The position numbers and the translations under genes are program-made. A stretch of 64,000 nucleotides of DNA from NCBI RefSeq assembly GCF_963921235.1, contig NC_086097.1, forward strand, positions 23,934,001-23,998,000, in the 5' to 3' direction. This DNA is from Mobula hypostoma. Lineage: Eukaryota. Each line of letters opens with the position of its first letter. The first letter of the stretch is position 1. The notes under the pieces were generated by a model that saw nothing but the letters and a program-made list of their open reading frames with translations, ran no database searches and was not told where the DNA came from. Below are positions 1-12,734 of the stretch, piece by piece.

Positions 1-68
1 TGTGTGTGTGTGTGTGTGTATATATATTGAGAGAGAGAGAGAGAGAGAGATAAATAAATATATATATA
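1..68. repeat. Compound microsatellite (TG)n(TA)n(GA)n(TA)n
   Basis: Dinucleotide runs directly visible at the window start. Confidence 0.95.
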
Positions 69-559
69 TTATCACCAAATAGGAGCAACAGTGGGCTTCA
101 CTTCCATTAGATTAGTTCCTGGAAGATATGACCTTTGCTCTCAGCTCTGTTTTCTGCCCCATGACCCTTGATGTCGCTGTTATTCAAAGCTACAACTGGT
201 ATTGTCAAAGCCACTGCCTTGAGCTGAGCATTTGAGGCCAAACCTGGCATTGTTTACATGGAGCAGCTGAGTGTGATGGATGCACCATGTGAACTATCTC
301 TGTTCCGCATGTCAGATTATGCCATTTCCCTGCATCTCCAGAGCCTCTTTGGAATGGCAGGTGTTCCAGACTTCTGGGCACCTTTAAGGTTTGTTGATAC
401 CTTGGCTGCCTTACTTGATTCTTCAACATCAAAAATACAAAACAGACTGTTTTCACTTGAAACTGAAATATCTAGAGCCCCAGATAGAGCATTCATTATG
501 GAAGCTATTTGTGCCTGAGTTTAGGACCTCAGCCAATCAGTGTTTCACTAAATTGCCTG

Positions 560-660
560 CCTTGGCTCAGTTGGTTGCACTCTTGGCTTCAGTTGGAAGA
601 CTTGGTTCAATTCCCACTCTGGGGAGATGAGCATAAAATCCATGTCAATGCTTCAGTATT
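560..660 (+). mobile_element. Degenerate tRNA-derived head of a Deu-domain (SacSINE1/AmnSINE-like) SINE
   Basis: A-box-like TGGCTCAGTTGG and B-box-like GGTTCAATTCC, followed by CACTCTGGGGAGATGAGCATAAAATC resembling the shark DeuSINE body. Confidence 0.55.
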
Positions 661-779
661 GTACAAAATGTCACAGTGTTATGGCACTATACAGCACAGA
701 AACAGGTCATTTGACCCAACTGACCAAAATGACCACATGGCCACATTTGACTCCTATCCCTCCAAACCTTTATCAGGGA

Positions 780-1060
780 CATTTCCTTAGGGCAGAAATG
801 GCTAATACAGTGGAGAGTAGTTTTAAGAAAGTAAGTATAATGATGGGTGACAGATGTATGTATTTCACAACCAGAGTGGTGGGTGCGTGAAATGTTCTGT
901 CAGGGACGGTGAGAGGGGCAGATACGTTAGTAGCATTTAAGAAACTTAGGCACATGGATGATAGAAAAATGGAGGGAAGGGTGAGATGCATCTTAGAATA
1001 GATTAAATAGTTAGCTAAAATTGTGGGCCAAAGGGCTTGGAGCTCTGCTGTTATGTTCTC
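780..1060 (+). mobile_element. CR1 LINE 3' fragment
   Basis: Remnant YFTTRVVGA and the CR1 3' UTR motif TTGTGGGCCAAAGGGC. Confidence 0.8.
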
Positions 1061-1199
1061 TCTTCACCTGTAGAACCTTTTGTGTTTATGTTTGCTCATT
1101 GCTCTTTGCTGCTTACTGAGGCAACAGCACTGGACTCAGCTCTAGTGCACTTTCGCTCAAACATTGGCTATCCTGTGCAACTCTCAAATACGCCTATAA

Positions 1200-1630
1200 G
1201 TTTCAAAGTAAATTTATTGTTATAGGACATATATGTCACCAAATACCGCCCTATGGCATATTTTCATGTGGGTATTCTAGTAAATGCAATAGTAACACAT
1301 TAGAATCAATGAGAAACTCCACACAAAGATGAACAAACAACCAATGTATAAAAGACAACAAATTTTGCAAATACAAGTAAAGAAAAGGCAAAATAGTAAT
1401 CATAAATAAATAAGAAAGAAATAGTGATAACATGAGTTGTAGTGGTCCTTGAAATTAAGTACATAGGTTATGGAAAGAGTTCAGTGTTGAGGTGAGTGAA
1501 GTTATCCATGCCAGATGATGCGTATAGGGTAATAACTGTTCCTGAACCTGGTGGTATGGGACCTAAGGCTCCTGTACCTCCTTCCCGATGGTAGCAGCAA
1601 GAAGAGAGCACAGCCTGGATGGTGAGCGTC
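1200..1630 (-). mobile_element. Rex1/Babar-type LINE 3' fragment
   Basis: ORF 1502..1720 contains HHPGCALFLLLPSGRRYRSLRSHTTRFRNSYYP, the Rex/Babar ORF2 C-terminus, plus 3' UTR. Confidence 0.8.
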
Positions 1631-2329
1631 CATGCCTAAACTGAATCTAATCACCACTGTCTTTGAGCTGCATTCATGCATATGCAGACATCTCAGGACA
1701 ATGGGGTGTTTCTTGGTCAATTGGGTGTTTCTTGATCAACTGGGTGTTTCCCAGCCTGCAATCAACCCCAGTCTGCAGCTCCAAGAAGATCATTATTCTG
1801 AGCTGTATTTTATATTCAGCCTGCAATCCATATTCATATCTGAATACTGGTTGCTGTTGAAATTAATATTTTCTAGATTCTGTAACTCCAGAATATGCCC
1901 TAACACTGTTTTTATGTGACACTGCTCCTTGTAGATGTGCTCAGTATGGAGAGAGCTTTATGTGTGATGGACTGGGTTGTAGCCATTAATTTTTGTAGGC
2001 TTTCCCATTCTTGTGCACTGGTCTTTCCATACCTGGCCATGATGCAACCAGTCAGTGTACTCTCTATTGTGCATCTATAGAAATTTGTCAATGGTGCATT
2101 TGTACACAGGAAATATATGGCTTGGGAATTTGTTGCATCAAATCTGAGCTTTGAAACAGGAAAAAAGGCTTGGAGAAAAAAGTTTACTGTGAAATTACAG
2201 ATATTATCACCAAAGTGCCCATCCTTGCAACAGATTTCCACTGTTCATACAGATCAAATCACTGCACGGTGCATTGAGGTAAAACAATAACAGTGCAGAA
2301 TAAGAATGCAAGATTCAGATGGCAATTCC

Positions 2330-2470
2330 AATTTCCTCCAGCCCAGATGAAGGGTCTTGGCCCGAAACGTCTGCTTTTCATTTCTCTCCAAAGATGCTGT
2401 CTGACCTGCTGAGATCCTCCAGCACGTTGTGTGCGTGCTACTCTAGATTTCCAACATCTGCAGAATCCAA
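2330..2470 (+). mobile_element. Penelope-like element terminal repeat fragment with a degenerate hammerhead
   Basis: CAGATGA-AGGGTCTTGGCCC-GAAA-CGTC (core C-A-GATGA mutated), followed by the family tail GATGCTGTCTGACCTGCTGAG...CAACATCTGCAG. Confidence 0.75.
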
Positions 2471-2486
2471 AGTAAGAATACAAAAT

Positions 2487-2710
2487 TAGGGTAGTGTAAC
2501 GCTATGACAGCACCAGTGACCGGGTTTAATTCCACCATTGTCTGTAAAATGTCTGTATGTTTAATCCATGACACCATGGGTTTCCCCTGGCAGCTCCAAT
2601 TCCATCCCACATTCCAAAGCTAAATGGTTAGTAGTTAATTGGTCACATGGGTGTAATTGGGCAGCTGAGGCTCATTGAGGTAGAAGGGCTGTATCTTTAA
2701 ATAAATAAAA
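2487..2710 (+). mobile_element. HE1-type V-SINE with CR1-like tail
   Basis: tRNA-like head, V-domain-like GGGTTTCCCCTGGCAGCTCCAATTCCATCCCAC, and A-rich end. Confidence 0.7.
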
Positions 2711-3714
2711 TCATAAAATAAAGAGAAATTGCAATGCAGTTAAATAGTAAGGCAGGAAATCATAACGAGGTCAAGAACCCATCTTATTGTACATCTTCTG
2801 CCCAACAGAAGAAGGGAGAACAGAGAATGGCTGGGGTCTTTGCTTATGTTGGCTGCTTTATTGAGGTAATGAGATGTATAGACAGAGCCTATAGAAGAGG
2901 CTGGTTCCTGTGTTCTGATGAGCAGTGTCCACAACTCTGTGGCCACGTGCAGAAGAGTTGCCATACCAACCTGTGATGCATCCGAATAGGATGCTTTCGA
3001 AAGTGCATCAATAAAAATTGGAGAGGGTCGACAGGGACATGTCAAATTTCTTTAGCCTCCTGCAGAAGTAAAGATTAAAGATTTAGGATTAGCTTTATTT
3101 GTCACACGTGAATTGCTTTGTTCGTGTCTACAGCAAACACAGACTGAATATGTGCCGGGGGCAGCTCACAGGATCTCAATTGTTTCAGCGCCAATGTAGC
3201 ATTCCCACGATTTACTTACCCTTACTAATCTGACCAGTAGGCGAGATTTCCTGATCATGGTATCAACGTGCTTGGACCAGGTGAGGGTATTGGTGGTGTT
3301 CACTCCTTGGAACTTGAAGCTGTCAGTGCTCTCAGCCTTAGCACTGTTATGCAGGTTCTGTGCTAACCTGCCTGGTTTACAGTGAAGTACAGAGTGACTT
3401 TGCAAAATGCAAGTGAAGTGTGAGCAAGTTTGCTTCAGTAACTTTGTGAGGACAAGCATATTTCTTCCAGACCTCTTCCTTGGATCACTGCACAGATTGC
3501 GACAGTGCTGACTGACCTTTTCCACAACCTCCAACAGACGGCTGCCCTGCAGTCTTCATTGAAGTCGTTCTTTACCCTGAGGAACTTTCCATGGAGGGAG
3601 AAGAGGGCGAAATCTTCATTGAAAAGTATCAAGTACAAGTTGAAGTTCAAGTTGAAGTCTAATTATCATTCAACCCATATGCATGAATGCAGCCAAACAA
3701 AACAGCATTCCTCA

Positions 3715-4135
3715 GAATCAGAATCAGGTTTAATATCACAGGCATATGTCCTGAAATATGTTGTTTTGTGACAGCAGTACATTGCAATATATAATTTTAA
3801 AATGTATAAATTACAATGAGAAATATATATTAAAAAATCAATTAAATAGTACAAATGGAAAGCAAACCACAAATAGAAAAAAAATAGTGAGGTAGTGTTC
3901 ATGGGTTCATTGTCCATTCCAGAAATCTGCTGGCCGTGGAGAAGAAAGCTGTTCCTCAAATGCTGAGTGTGTATCTTCACGCTCTTGTACCTGCTCTTTG
4001 ATGGTAGCAATGAGATGAGGGCATGCCCTGGGTGAAGAGGGTCCTCAATGATAGATGTCACCTTTTTGAGGCATGACTTTTTGAAAATGTTCTTGATGCT
4101 AATGCCCAAGGTGGAGCTGAATGAGTTTACAATTT
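3715..4135 (-). mobile_element. Rex1/Babar-type LINE 3' fragment
   Basis: ORF 3666..4109 contains SIIEDPLHPGHALISLLPSKSRYKS; (TCTGAT)n tail read as AGAATCAGAATCAG on +. Confidence 0.8.
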
Positions 4136-4714
4136 AGTAAATCTCCTCTCGCTCCCAGCTACTGATTCCCATTGTCTAGTGCTTTATGCACCAGAGGCAT
4201 CATTAGATTCACACAGAAGAATGAGAGAGCTTGGTACTACAGGCAAAAAGAAGAATTTATATTTCTGCAACACCATTATTGTAGCAAGGATGCCCCAAGG
4301 TAACTAAAGTTGAGGCTGAAAGAGGAATGAGTGTTTAATCAAGATACATGTGGCTAAAGAGATTTAGGTTCAGATTCAGATTTATTTATCACATTTACAT
4401 GTAAGCATACAATGAAAGGTGTCACTTGTGTTAACTAGCAACACACCTAGGGGTAGGGATTTGCTAGGAGCAGCCCACAAGTGTCGCCACACATTCTGGA
4501 GCCAGTATAGCTTGTCCACAAGAGAACAGGACACAACAAGACACAAAACAACAACAACAAAACAAAGCCCCTTTCCCCATCACACCCACTCACACACGTT
4601 GACAGTCCTACAACTCTAGGACAGGCATCCAGTCTAGAATGGCAGAGCTTGAGACACAATTGCCAACTGCGGATCAATTAGAGTCGGGGTGATTATGAGG
4701 CAAAGAGGCCGCCA

Positions 4715-5120
4715 TGAAGTCTTACAGCCCGGAAAAAAACTCTTCAGCCCATCTGGTGCATGCAGACCACATCATCCTCCCCGCTATTCCTCGTTGCCCA
4801 CATTCAGCCCATTATACTCCAACCCCTTCTCCCATGTACCTATTAAATGCCTCTTAAATGTTGCAACTGAACCTTCCTTGACCACTTTCTGCTGCTCTCT
4901 GCCGTCTGGGTAGAGGAGTTAGCTCTCATTTCTCCTTTAGATCTCTCCCCTCGTATCTTGTATCTGTGCCCTTTTGTTTTGGACTCCCCAGCCCCAAGGA
5001 AAAGACTATGATCATCCACCTTATCCATACCCCTCAGGATTTTGCAGACTTCTATGAGGTCACTTCTCCTTCTTCTGTGCTCTGAAGAATAAAGATCCAA
5101 CATGACCGACCTTCTTCCTG
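4715..5120 (-). mobile_element. CR1 LINE 3' fragment
   Basis: ORF 4843..5103 LYSSEHRRRRSDLIEVCKILRG...TKGHRYKIRG. Confidence 0.8.
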
Positions 5121-5789
5121 AATGAGGAAACAGCTAAAAGGGCCAACTCTTGCTCCAGCTTTTGTATAATAGTCTGATATCATTCCTGTTGATTGATCTG
5201 ATTTTGGCATCAATGCCACTCCCTTGCTTAATCCACAGCACCCCCAACTCCTCTATACTCCACAAATCTACCTTCAAATTATACTTGTATATAAAATTAC
5301 CATTAATTAAAATAGTCCTACATTTAAGGCAAACTGCTTAAACATGATTGAGGTTGGATTGTAATTCACATCCCCTCATTTCCAGCACAAATTCCCAGCA
5401 ATTCAGTAGCGATCTGCACTTTCATCATTTTCCTTACAATATAGAAGGAAGCCATTCAGCCCAACAAATCCTTGCCAGCACCCAGAAGAGCTTAGCAATT
5501 GTTATTGTGCTCAGATGAACCATGGTGCAGCACGGGTTCATGCGAGAGTGGGTGAGAGTAGGATTAGACTTGAATGTTTTGCTGGTGATTGCTGGATGGT
5601 TTGCTGCTGTCTCTTGAGGAGGCTTCTAGCCGTACTGATTGAGGAGCTCTCTCACCCCCACCCCAAGTTCCAGACACTTGAGAACTAACGATAGTCCTGC
5701 AGTCTAGGGGACACCATCTTTCAGCTAAGATACTGAGCTGGGCACATATTTAACCCTTGCAGGTGAATATATAGGATCCTTGCTTAGGC

Positions 5790-6190
5790 CCTTTTGGGGG
5801 ATTTCACTGAAACCTATCGATTATTGAAAGGCCTAGATAGAATGGAAGTGGAGAAGATGTCTCCTATAATGGGGGAGTCAAGAACCAGAGAGCAAGCCCT
5901 CAGAATAGAGGGATGTCCCTTTATAACAGAGATGAGGAGGAATTTATTTAGCTAGAGGATGGCAAAACTGTGGAATTCATTGCTACAGAACGCTGTGGAG
6001 GCCAAGTCATTGGGTATATATAAAGCAGAATTTAATAGGTTCAGTTCTTCATTTCTAAGGCTGTCAAAGATTACAGGGAGAAGGCAGGAGAAACAGATTG
6101 AGAGAGATAATAAATCAGCCATGAGGAAATGATGGAGCAGACTCGATGGGCCAAATGGCCGAATTCTCCTCCAATATCCTATGGTCTCTT
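5790..6190 (+). mobile_element. CR1 LINE 3' fragment
   Basis: CR1 C-terminal coding remnant and 3' UTR GATGGGCCAAATGGCC...CCTATGGTCT. Confidence 0.8.
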
Positions 6191-6321
6191 AAGTTTCTTC
6201 TGTGAAGTTATTGGCCGTGATGCCCTTATTTCTTGATTCCTCCAATATTCAATAGTCTATGAACCTTTCTTTGAATAACACTCGGTCTGCTGATACCCTC
6301 ACCTCCTCGAGCAGATTGTGC

Positions 6322-6590
6322 ATTAACAACTGACTGCAGACCACATTTTGATCTCCTGATGGGAATGTGAAAGGACCCAAAGGAGTACAAGTTATTTCCT
6401 GAGCAGGCTCCGAGGACCCAGCATGCAGCACTGCACGCTGAGAGTGTGCAGGGAGGTGGGGATGTGGAGCTGCAGGTGAAGGGAAGCTGCACACACTCGG
6501 GAGCAATTTTCCATTCCATTTGGTCATTCAAATGATACTGTTTAGAAAAAGAAATTCAAGAGAAATTCAGCCTCTAGAAATGTTCCATAA
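6322..6590 (-). repeat. Unclassified ~270-bp segment, inverted paralogue of 12250-12510
   Basis: Reverse complement shares TTATGGAACATTTCTAGAGGCTG (23/23), CAAATGGAATGGAAAATTGCTCC, TTCACCTGCA and ATCAGGAGATCAAA with 12250-12510. Confidence 0.9.
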
Positions 6591-6964
6591 TACATTACCA
6601 CCTGTGCAACAGATGGCAACTCACAAAAAGAGATGACAGGTGACATCTATAATTGGCAAGGAGAGGCTACTTAAAGTGGACAAGCTATGGCATACCAAGT
6701 AGGGCAAAAAGCATGCAGCAGTGAAAAAGCACACTATAAATGAAAGGCACCTTTATAATTGAGATTCAAATTCAGATTTATTTATCATATGTACGTCAAA
6801 ACATGCAGTGAAACGTATTCTTTGTGTTAACAACGTATACAGCTTGCGGAAATGTAGGGCAGCCGACAAGTGTCGCCACACGTTCTGGTGAAGCAAAACA
6901 AGCCCCTTTCTCTCTCGTGCGCGTGCACACATGCACACGCACTCCCACACTCCTCCAACTCCAG

Positions 6965-7215
6965 AGATTCAACGTTTGGGGCTGGGACTCTTCATCAGGG
7001 CTGGAAAGAAAGGGGGAAGGAACACGATAAGAAGGTGTGGGGAAAGGAAGGAGTACAAGCTGAAAGGTGATAGGTGAAGCCTGGTGAGGGGGAAGGTAGG
7101 TAGGAGGGGGAGGGAGGGTGAACTGAGAAACTGGGAGTTGACTGGTTGCGAAGATAAAGGGCTGAAGAAGGAGTAGTCTGTCAGGAGAGGAAAGCGGATC
7201 ATGGGAGAAAGGGCA
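6965..7215 (-). mobile_element. Penelope-like element 3' fragment with degenerate hammerhead
   Basis: Minus strand shows a pyrimidine-rich UTR then CTGATGA-AGAGTCCCAGCCC-CAAA-CGTT (GAAA mutated). Confidence 0.75.
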
Positions 7216-7974
7216 TTCTGTTTTGCTAATGTTACTATCTTTTAAGTGTGATTTTTGCACCCTGCTGTGTGTAAAAGTTGCCAGCATACTATCTCAAAGG
7301 AAAGTAGGGAACTCTCCACTGGATTGTCTTCACAAATGCTCTGAGGCATAATACATACACCAGAGATGATTAGCATGCTTAAACTATTTAGATAGTTAGA
7401 TATGAAGCAGCCAGCCTGAATGTTCTTATGACGTTATTGTCTTGTCATATGACTCTTATGCAATAAAATAATAGCTTGCTGCATGTATGGATACAGAGAA
7501 TTCCACGCTTTTTTTTTATTATTCATTCATAGTCTCTGGATGCTGGAAATGTCGAGACTTACTGTCCACCTCTGTATCAAGGAATTAGTGGACAGCCCCA
7601 TTATGGGTCTGGAGTCACGTAGAGACAAGCTTGTCACGGACAGCAGATTTCCTTTCCTGAAAGATATTAGTGGAATGGTTTTTTTTGTTTATTAAAATAA
7701 TCCAGTCATTTTGTGGTTGCCTTCACTGACATTAATTTTTTTTGTTTTAATTATATATTTCTGAATCAGAGTCAGAATCAAAATCTGGTTTTTAATCACT
7801 GACAGATTTTCTGATCTGACAGAGATATGAATTCGAATCCCACCTTCGCAGCTGGAGAATTTAAATTCAAGTAACTCAATAACTCTAAATGAATTTCTGT
7901 GCTATTTTATTTACTTAGTTTTAATACATATTTTTAATCTATTTGTATTGTATTTTATGTATCGCACTGCAGTA

Positions 7975-8225
7975 GTCAGTGCAATCACTCGAGTCGAGTA
8001 TGATGTACCGCACAGTGGTTGTCTATTGGTGGGTCCTCAGAAGGCAGAAGAGGACAATCCAGGATCCACATATTCTGGTGCTGTGTGAGCAATATTAAGT
8101 GGTGGTTGTAGTTAGTAGTTAGGTCTTTTTTCACAGCTGCCACTTGTTCTCTGCGATGCGATATAGGTCTCTCATGTAGCTTAACTCCCTCTGGAACAGA
8201 GGGGGCATTGACAGTGTGTTTCACA
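7975..8225 (-). mobile_element. RTE-clade LINE 3' fragment
   Basis: Minus strand translates to CSHSTRICGSWIVLFCLLRTH, resembling the RTE C-terminal CxxCxRxCxSRIGLxSHxRTH motif. Confidence 0.6.
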
Positions 8226-9109
8226 CACCCATCTTCTCTCTGGAGAAAAAGAAACAACCACCTCTGATATCTCCCCTATTCTTCCCTCCAGTCGCCTTAA
8301 AATGATGCCCCCTTGAATTAGCGATTTCTGCCCTGGGGAAAAACGTCTCTGGCTATGGACTGTATCTGTGCCTCTTATCATCTTGCACACCTCTATCAAA
8401 ACATCTCCCATCCTCCAAGAGAAAAAAGCCCCAGTTATTCTATGCATTTTAAGAACACAGCATAGTTCTATTTTATGGCACTGTAGGTTGTTTGGAGCAT
8501 GTTTGGTAGCCAGAGAAAAGCAATAAAGAAGCAGTAATGTTTCCATTTTAATAAACATGAATGTACACACTTGGTTACTAAAAGAGCAGCAAACTCGACT
8601 GAGTTTGTGGAATCCAGCGGCAGATTGCCAACATCCTGCAAATTTTCCGGCAGTTACACTGGGAAGCCTGCCTACTGAACCTATGCCAGGTTAGGCCTAG
8701 TGAAATAGCTCAGTTTGTACCTGTATTGACATCGAGTCAGGTTCAGACCCTGATCCAGTGCACAGTGGTCTGACCAACTGAGTGGAGATTTGGAACAGTG
8801 CATTTAAACTCTGCTCCATCGGGTGAAACGAAAGGATTCCAACAGACAAAGAGCACTAGTGTTCTGCCCAGTACCTTGCTCAAGTATGACATCAGAAAAT
8901 ATTATCATTCTCCGGTCGCTGTTCAGATTTTGCTGTATGAGATTGACTGCTACACTTCCCAGATTCCTTTTATTTATTCAAGGGACGTAGGCTTCACAGG
9001 TTGAGCCAGCATTTAATTGTCCATCCTAAACTGCCCTTGAGAAAATGGTAATGTACTTCCTCCTCCTACAGTCCATGAGGTGTGTGTTTTCTGTTTTCAA
9101 GATTTTAAG

Positions 9110-9425
9110 GATTATCTTTATTTCTCACATGTACAGTACATCAAACGCTACAGTGAAGTGTGTCGTTTGCATTAACGGTCAGTGGATGTGCCAGGGGGTG
9201 GCACGCAATTGTCGGCACACTTCCGACATCAATAAAGCGTGCCCACAACTTACGAACCCTGACGAGAACGTCTTTGGGATGCGGGAGGAAACCAGAGCAC
9301 CCGGAGGAAATGCCCGCGGTCAAGGGGAGAATGTACAAACTCCTTCAGAATAGCAGAGTGAATGGAACCCTGATTGCTGGCACTGTAAAGTGTCGTGCTG
9401 ACCGTTTCGCTCCTGTGCTGTACCA
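9110..9425 (-). mobile_element. V-SINE with a non-CR1 (Rex/Babar-like) tail
   Basis: V-domain on minus (GGAGGAAACCAGAGCACCCGGAGGAAA on +); tail CACATGTACAGTACATCAAACGCTACAGTGAA on +. Confidence 0.75.
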
Positions 9426-9489
9426 TGTTACCGAGAGAGATCCATGAGTTTAACTCAGTGAATGATGGTAAATTTCCAGGTTGGAACGT

Positions 9490-9770
9490 TTTATTTTATT
9501 TGGAGATACAGCACGGAATAGGTCCTTCAGACCCTTTGAGCCTCACCGCCCCACAGCCCCCAGCTTAGCCCTAACCTCATCATGGGAAAATTTACGTTGA
9601 CCAGTTCACCTACCTGGTATGTGTTTGGATTGTGGAAGGAGACCAGAAGACGTGGAGAAAACCCACACATTCCACACACAGAGGCTGCTTACAGAGGGCA
9701 CCAGGATTGAACTCTGAAGTCTGACAGCCCGAGCTGTAATGGCACGTGCTCACTGGCACAGCACGTTATG
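9490..9770 (-). mobile_element. HE1-type V-SINE with CR1-like tail
   Basis: GAGATACAGCACGGAATAGGTCCTTC tail on + and V-domain remnant. Confidence 0.7.
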
Positions 9771-10469
9771 TAGTTGGAGGTCAACTTCCATGCTGGTGGT
9801 GTCCCCATATTTTTGCCTCCCATGTCCTTCCAGCTAGATGTGGGATTGAAATGTTCTGTCTATGGACTCTGAACAGTGCATCATGTAAATGGTACAAATT
9901 GCTAATTCTGCGTTCCAGAGTGAAGGATTGTCAATGGGCTGCCTATTGAGTGGGCTGCTTTGTCCTGTGTGGTGTCAAGATCCTTGAGTGCTGTTGAAGC
10001 TGCACTTATCCAGACAAGTAGAGCAATGATTACTCTACAATATAGAAGTCCTTAATCAGCCATGGAGATCTTTGAGATATCTTGAAATCAACAAAGACAT
10101 GTTATTTTGCAACATTTTTCAAAAACAAACACACGCACAATCACAGTAAGGGGAACATTGATATGAAGTACCAGAAAAGAAGTTCATAATACAAGCAATA
10201 TTTAAAGAGAGAAAAATACAGGTTTTTTGGGAAGGTTTTACAAGGGCAGCAGTACTGTCAAGAGCTGAAGAACATCCACTGGTGTATGTGCTGTGATTTT
10301 AAGCATATGCATTGTTCCTTTTCTCATTGTTACAGAAGATAAGTTCTTTATGAGATTGTGATTAACGTATTGAGTATTTCTGTAGATGAATGGTCACCTT
10401 GGACTCTTTAAGATTTGATCCTGTTATTTTTTTGTCACATTGAGGACCAGGAAAAAAAACAGCTTGTAG

Positions 10470-10925
10470 GCATGTAGTACTACAGTATAGAAAGAAGCCC
10501 TTCAGCCCATCTGGTCTGTGCAGAACTGTTAGTCCCATTGACTTGCACACCGACCATAGCCTGCCATATCCCTCCCAACCATGTACCTATCCAAATTTCT
10601 CTTAAATGTTGAAATCAAATCCACATCCACCAGTTCTTCTGGCAGTTCATTCCATGCTCTCACCACCCTCCTTCCTATCTATTCCCCTTATTCTCTTATG
10701 CTCCAGGGAATAATATCCTAACTTACTCAACCTTTCCTTATATCCAGGTCCTCAAAACCTGGCAATATCGTTGTAAATTTTCTCTGTACTCTTTTTAATC
10801 TAATTGATACATTTCCTGTAGGTAGGTGAGTAAAGTTGCACACAATATTACAAATTCGGCCTCACCAACATCTTTTACAACTTCAACATAACATCCAGTA
10901 CTCAATACTTTGATTTATGAAGCTG
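10470..10925 (-). mobile_element. CR1 LINE 3' fragment
   Basis: Antisense CR1 3' UTR (GCCCTTCAGCCCATC) and ORF2 C-terminal remnant. Confidence 0.75.
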
Positions 10926-11399
10926 ATTCTAGTATTCCAGTTCTAGTACCACCTGACATGCATACCATCCATACAGATCAGTCCATAACAATGGTGCATT
11001 GAAGATGTACAAGGTGAAACAGGTAACAGATAGAGAGCTGTGCAGGTGGAGAGTAAGGTTCAAGGCTATAAACTTGTCGGTATTGGATGAGTTTGCAGAT
11101 TGACTTGCAGGGTTCAGTTGAGGATTGATGAGCAGATATGGATTGTTTTCCATGGGGGGGACAGTAGGTGGTGTTTACAGCTTTTTTTTAAAGCTGTTTT
11201 TGCCCTGTGGCTCGATGAAGTATGGTGCTCAGCAACTGCAAACAAAAGGGAATCTGGGTTGGCTCTTCAGTCTGCCCTCCGGAGGAAAGAGGAAAAAGAG
11301 AGAGGATCACTCAGTATATCTCCTCCTTTAATTGTGTGTGTTGGATGAGAGTGAGAACAGGTGCACTTATTATCCTCCCCAGTGTCTCCAATTTACGGT

Positions 11400-11785
11400 G
11401 AAGGAGGATGAGAGATGACTTGATGGAGGTGTACAAGCTGTTAAGAGGGATATGTTGAGTGGACAGCCATAGACTTTTTCCTAGGGTGGAAATGGTTAAT
11501 ACAAAGGGTTATAATTTTAAGGTGAGTAGAGGAAAGTATAGGAGAGATGTCAGAGGTAGATTTTTTACACAGAGAGTGCTTGTTGTGTGGAACGCCCTGT
11601 CAGGAGTAGCGATGGAGGCAGATACATCAGGAACATTTAAGAGACTGTTAGATGGGTAAATGTGTGATAGAAAAATGAAGGGCTCTGTAGGAGGGAAGGG
11701 TTAGATTGTTCTTAAAGTAGGTTAGAAGGTCGGCACAATATTGTGGGCTGAAGGGCCTGTAACGTGCTGTAGTGTTCTATGCTCC
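11400..11785 (+). mobile_element. CR1 LINE 3' fragment
   Basis: ORF 11459..11659 LFPRVEMVNTKGYNFKV...FFTQRVLVVWNAL; UTR TTGTGGGCTGAAGGGCCTGT. Confidence 0.85.
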
Positions 11786-12249
11786 ATATCCCACACCTGC
11801 ACATAAAATGCTACAGATTGTTCAGGTTCTAAGCTCCTTATTCGGGCTGAGTGGCCAACTCTTGGAGCTACCCATGGAAGCAAAATACCCTGAGAACTGG
11901 TAACAATGTTCTAACCGTATCCGCACCTCCGAAGCTGTGAGGAGATATTGTATGCCTATGGAGGCGATGAAAGCTGTCATGTGGCGATGGCGATGCAGTG
12001 GACTGCAGACGCCGAAATCTGCAGCAACACACAATCTGCTGGGGGAGCTCAGCAGGTCAAGCAGCATCTATGATGGGAAATACATCAGGGTTACAACCCA
12101 AAACATTGGCAAAGCCAATATGTGATTGCAAATGATCCCTTTACTTTACAAAAAGTAAGAGGAAGTTGAATCATAAGATGATGTGTTCAAACTGAAAGAA
12201 AATCAGATCAGAACTGATCCTGTAAATTTATGTACAAAAGTACGTCGTG

Positions 12250-12510
12250 TTATGGAACATTTCTAGAGGCTGGATTTCCCCTTACTTTTTTTTGCCTAAA
12301 CAATATCATTTGAATCATCAAATGGAATGGAAAATTGCTCCTGAATGTGTGCCCTTCCCCTTCACCTGCAACTCTCTCCCCTTCCCATTCCCAGCATGCA
12401 ATGCAGTATGCAGGGTCCTCAGAACTTGTTCTGTAAATAACTTGGATTTCTTTTTATCCTTCTACATTCCTATCAGGAGATCAAACATTGGTCTGTATTC
12501 TGTTATTAAT
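12250..12510 (+). repeat. Unclassified ~260-bp segment, inverted paralogue of 6322-6590
   Basis: Translation YHLNHQMEWKIAPECV...IPIRRSNIGLYSVIN aligns to YHLNDQMEWKIAPECV...IPIRRSKCGLQSVVN of the other copy. Confidence 0.9.
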
Positions 12511-12734
12511 TGGTAAATACGTGGTACTAAACACCATTTCTTTGAATCCCAAAAATAAATAATTACATTTCCTAAATATCCATTGCATCTCTTTTATTTC
12601 ATCCCAAAGCGTATTAAAACTAATGAGATGCTAAGAGGAGTGTAATGTAGGAAAGGTGAGGACAGATAGATCCCACGAATAGCAATGCACTAAATGGCCA
12701 GATCATCTGTTTTCAGAGACTTGCTTGAAGGTTA

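Noticed and set aside
3471..3630. Possible exon after TTTCTTCCAG (PLPWITAQIATVL... or FIEVVLYPEELSMEGEEG...)
   Set aside because: No recognisable protein, no good donor site, and the frames run into a repeat tail.
6570..6590. Heat-shock-element-like GGAACATTTCTAGAG in the duplicated segment
   Set aside because: GAA-to-TTC spacing is 3 nt rather than 2 and the third unit is imperfect.
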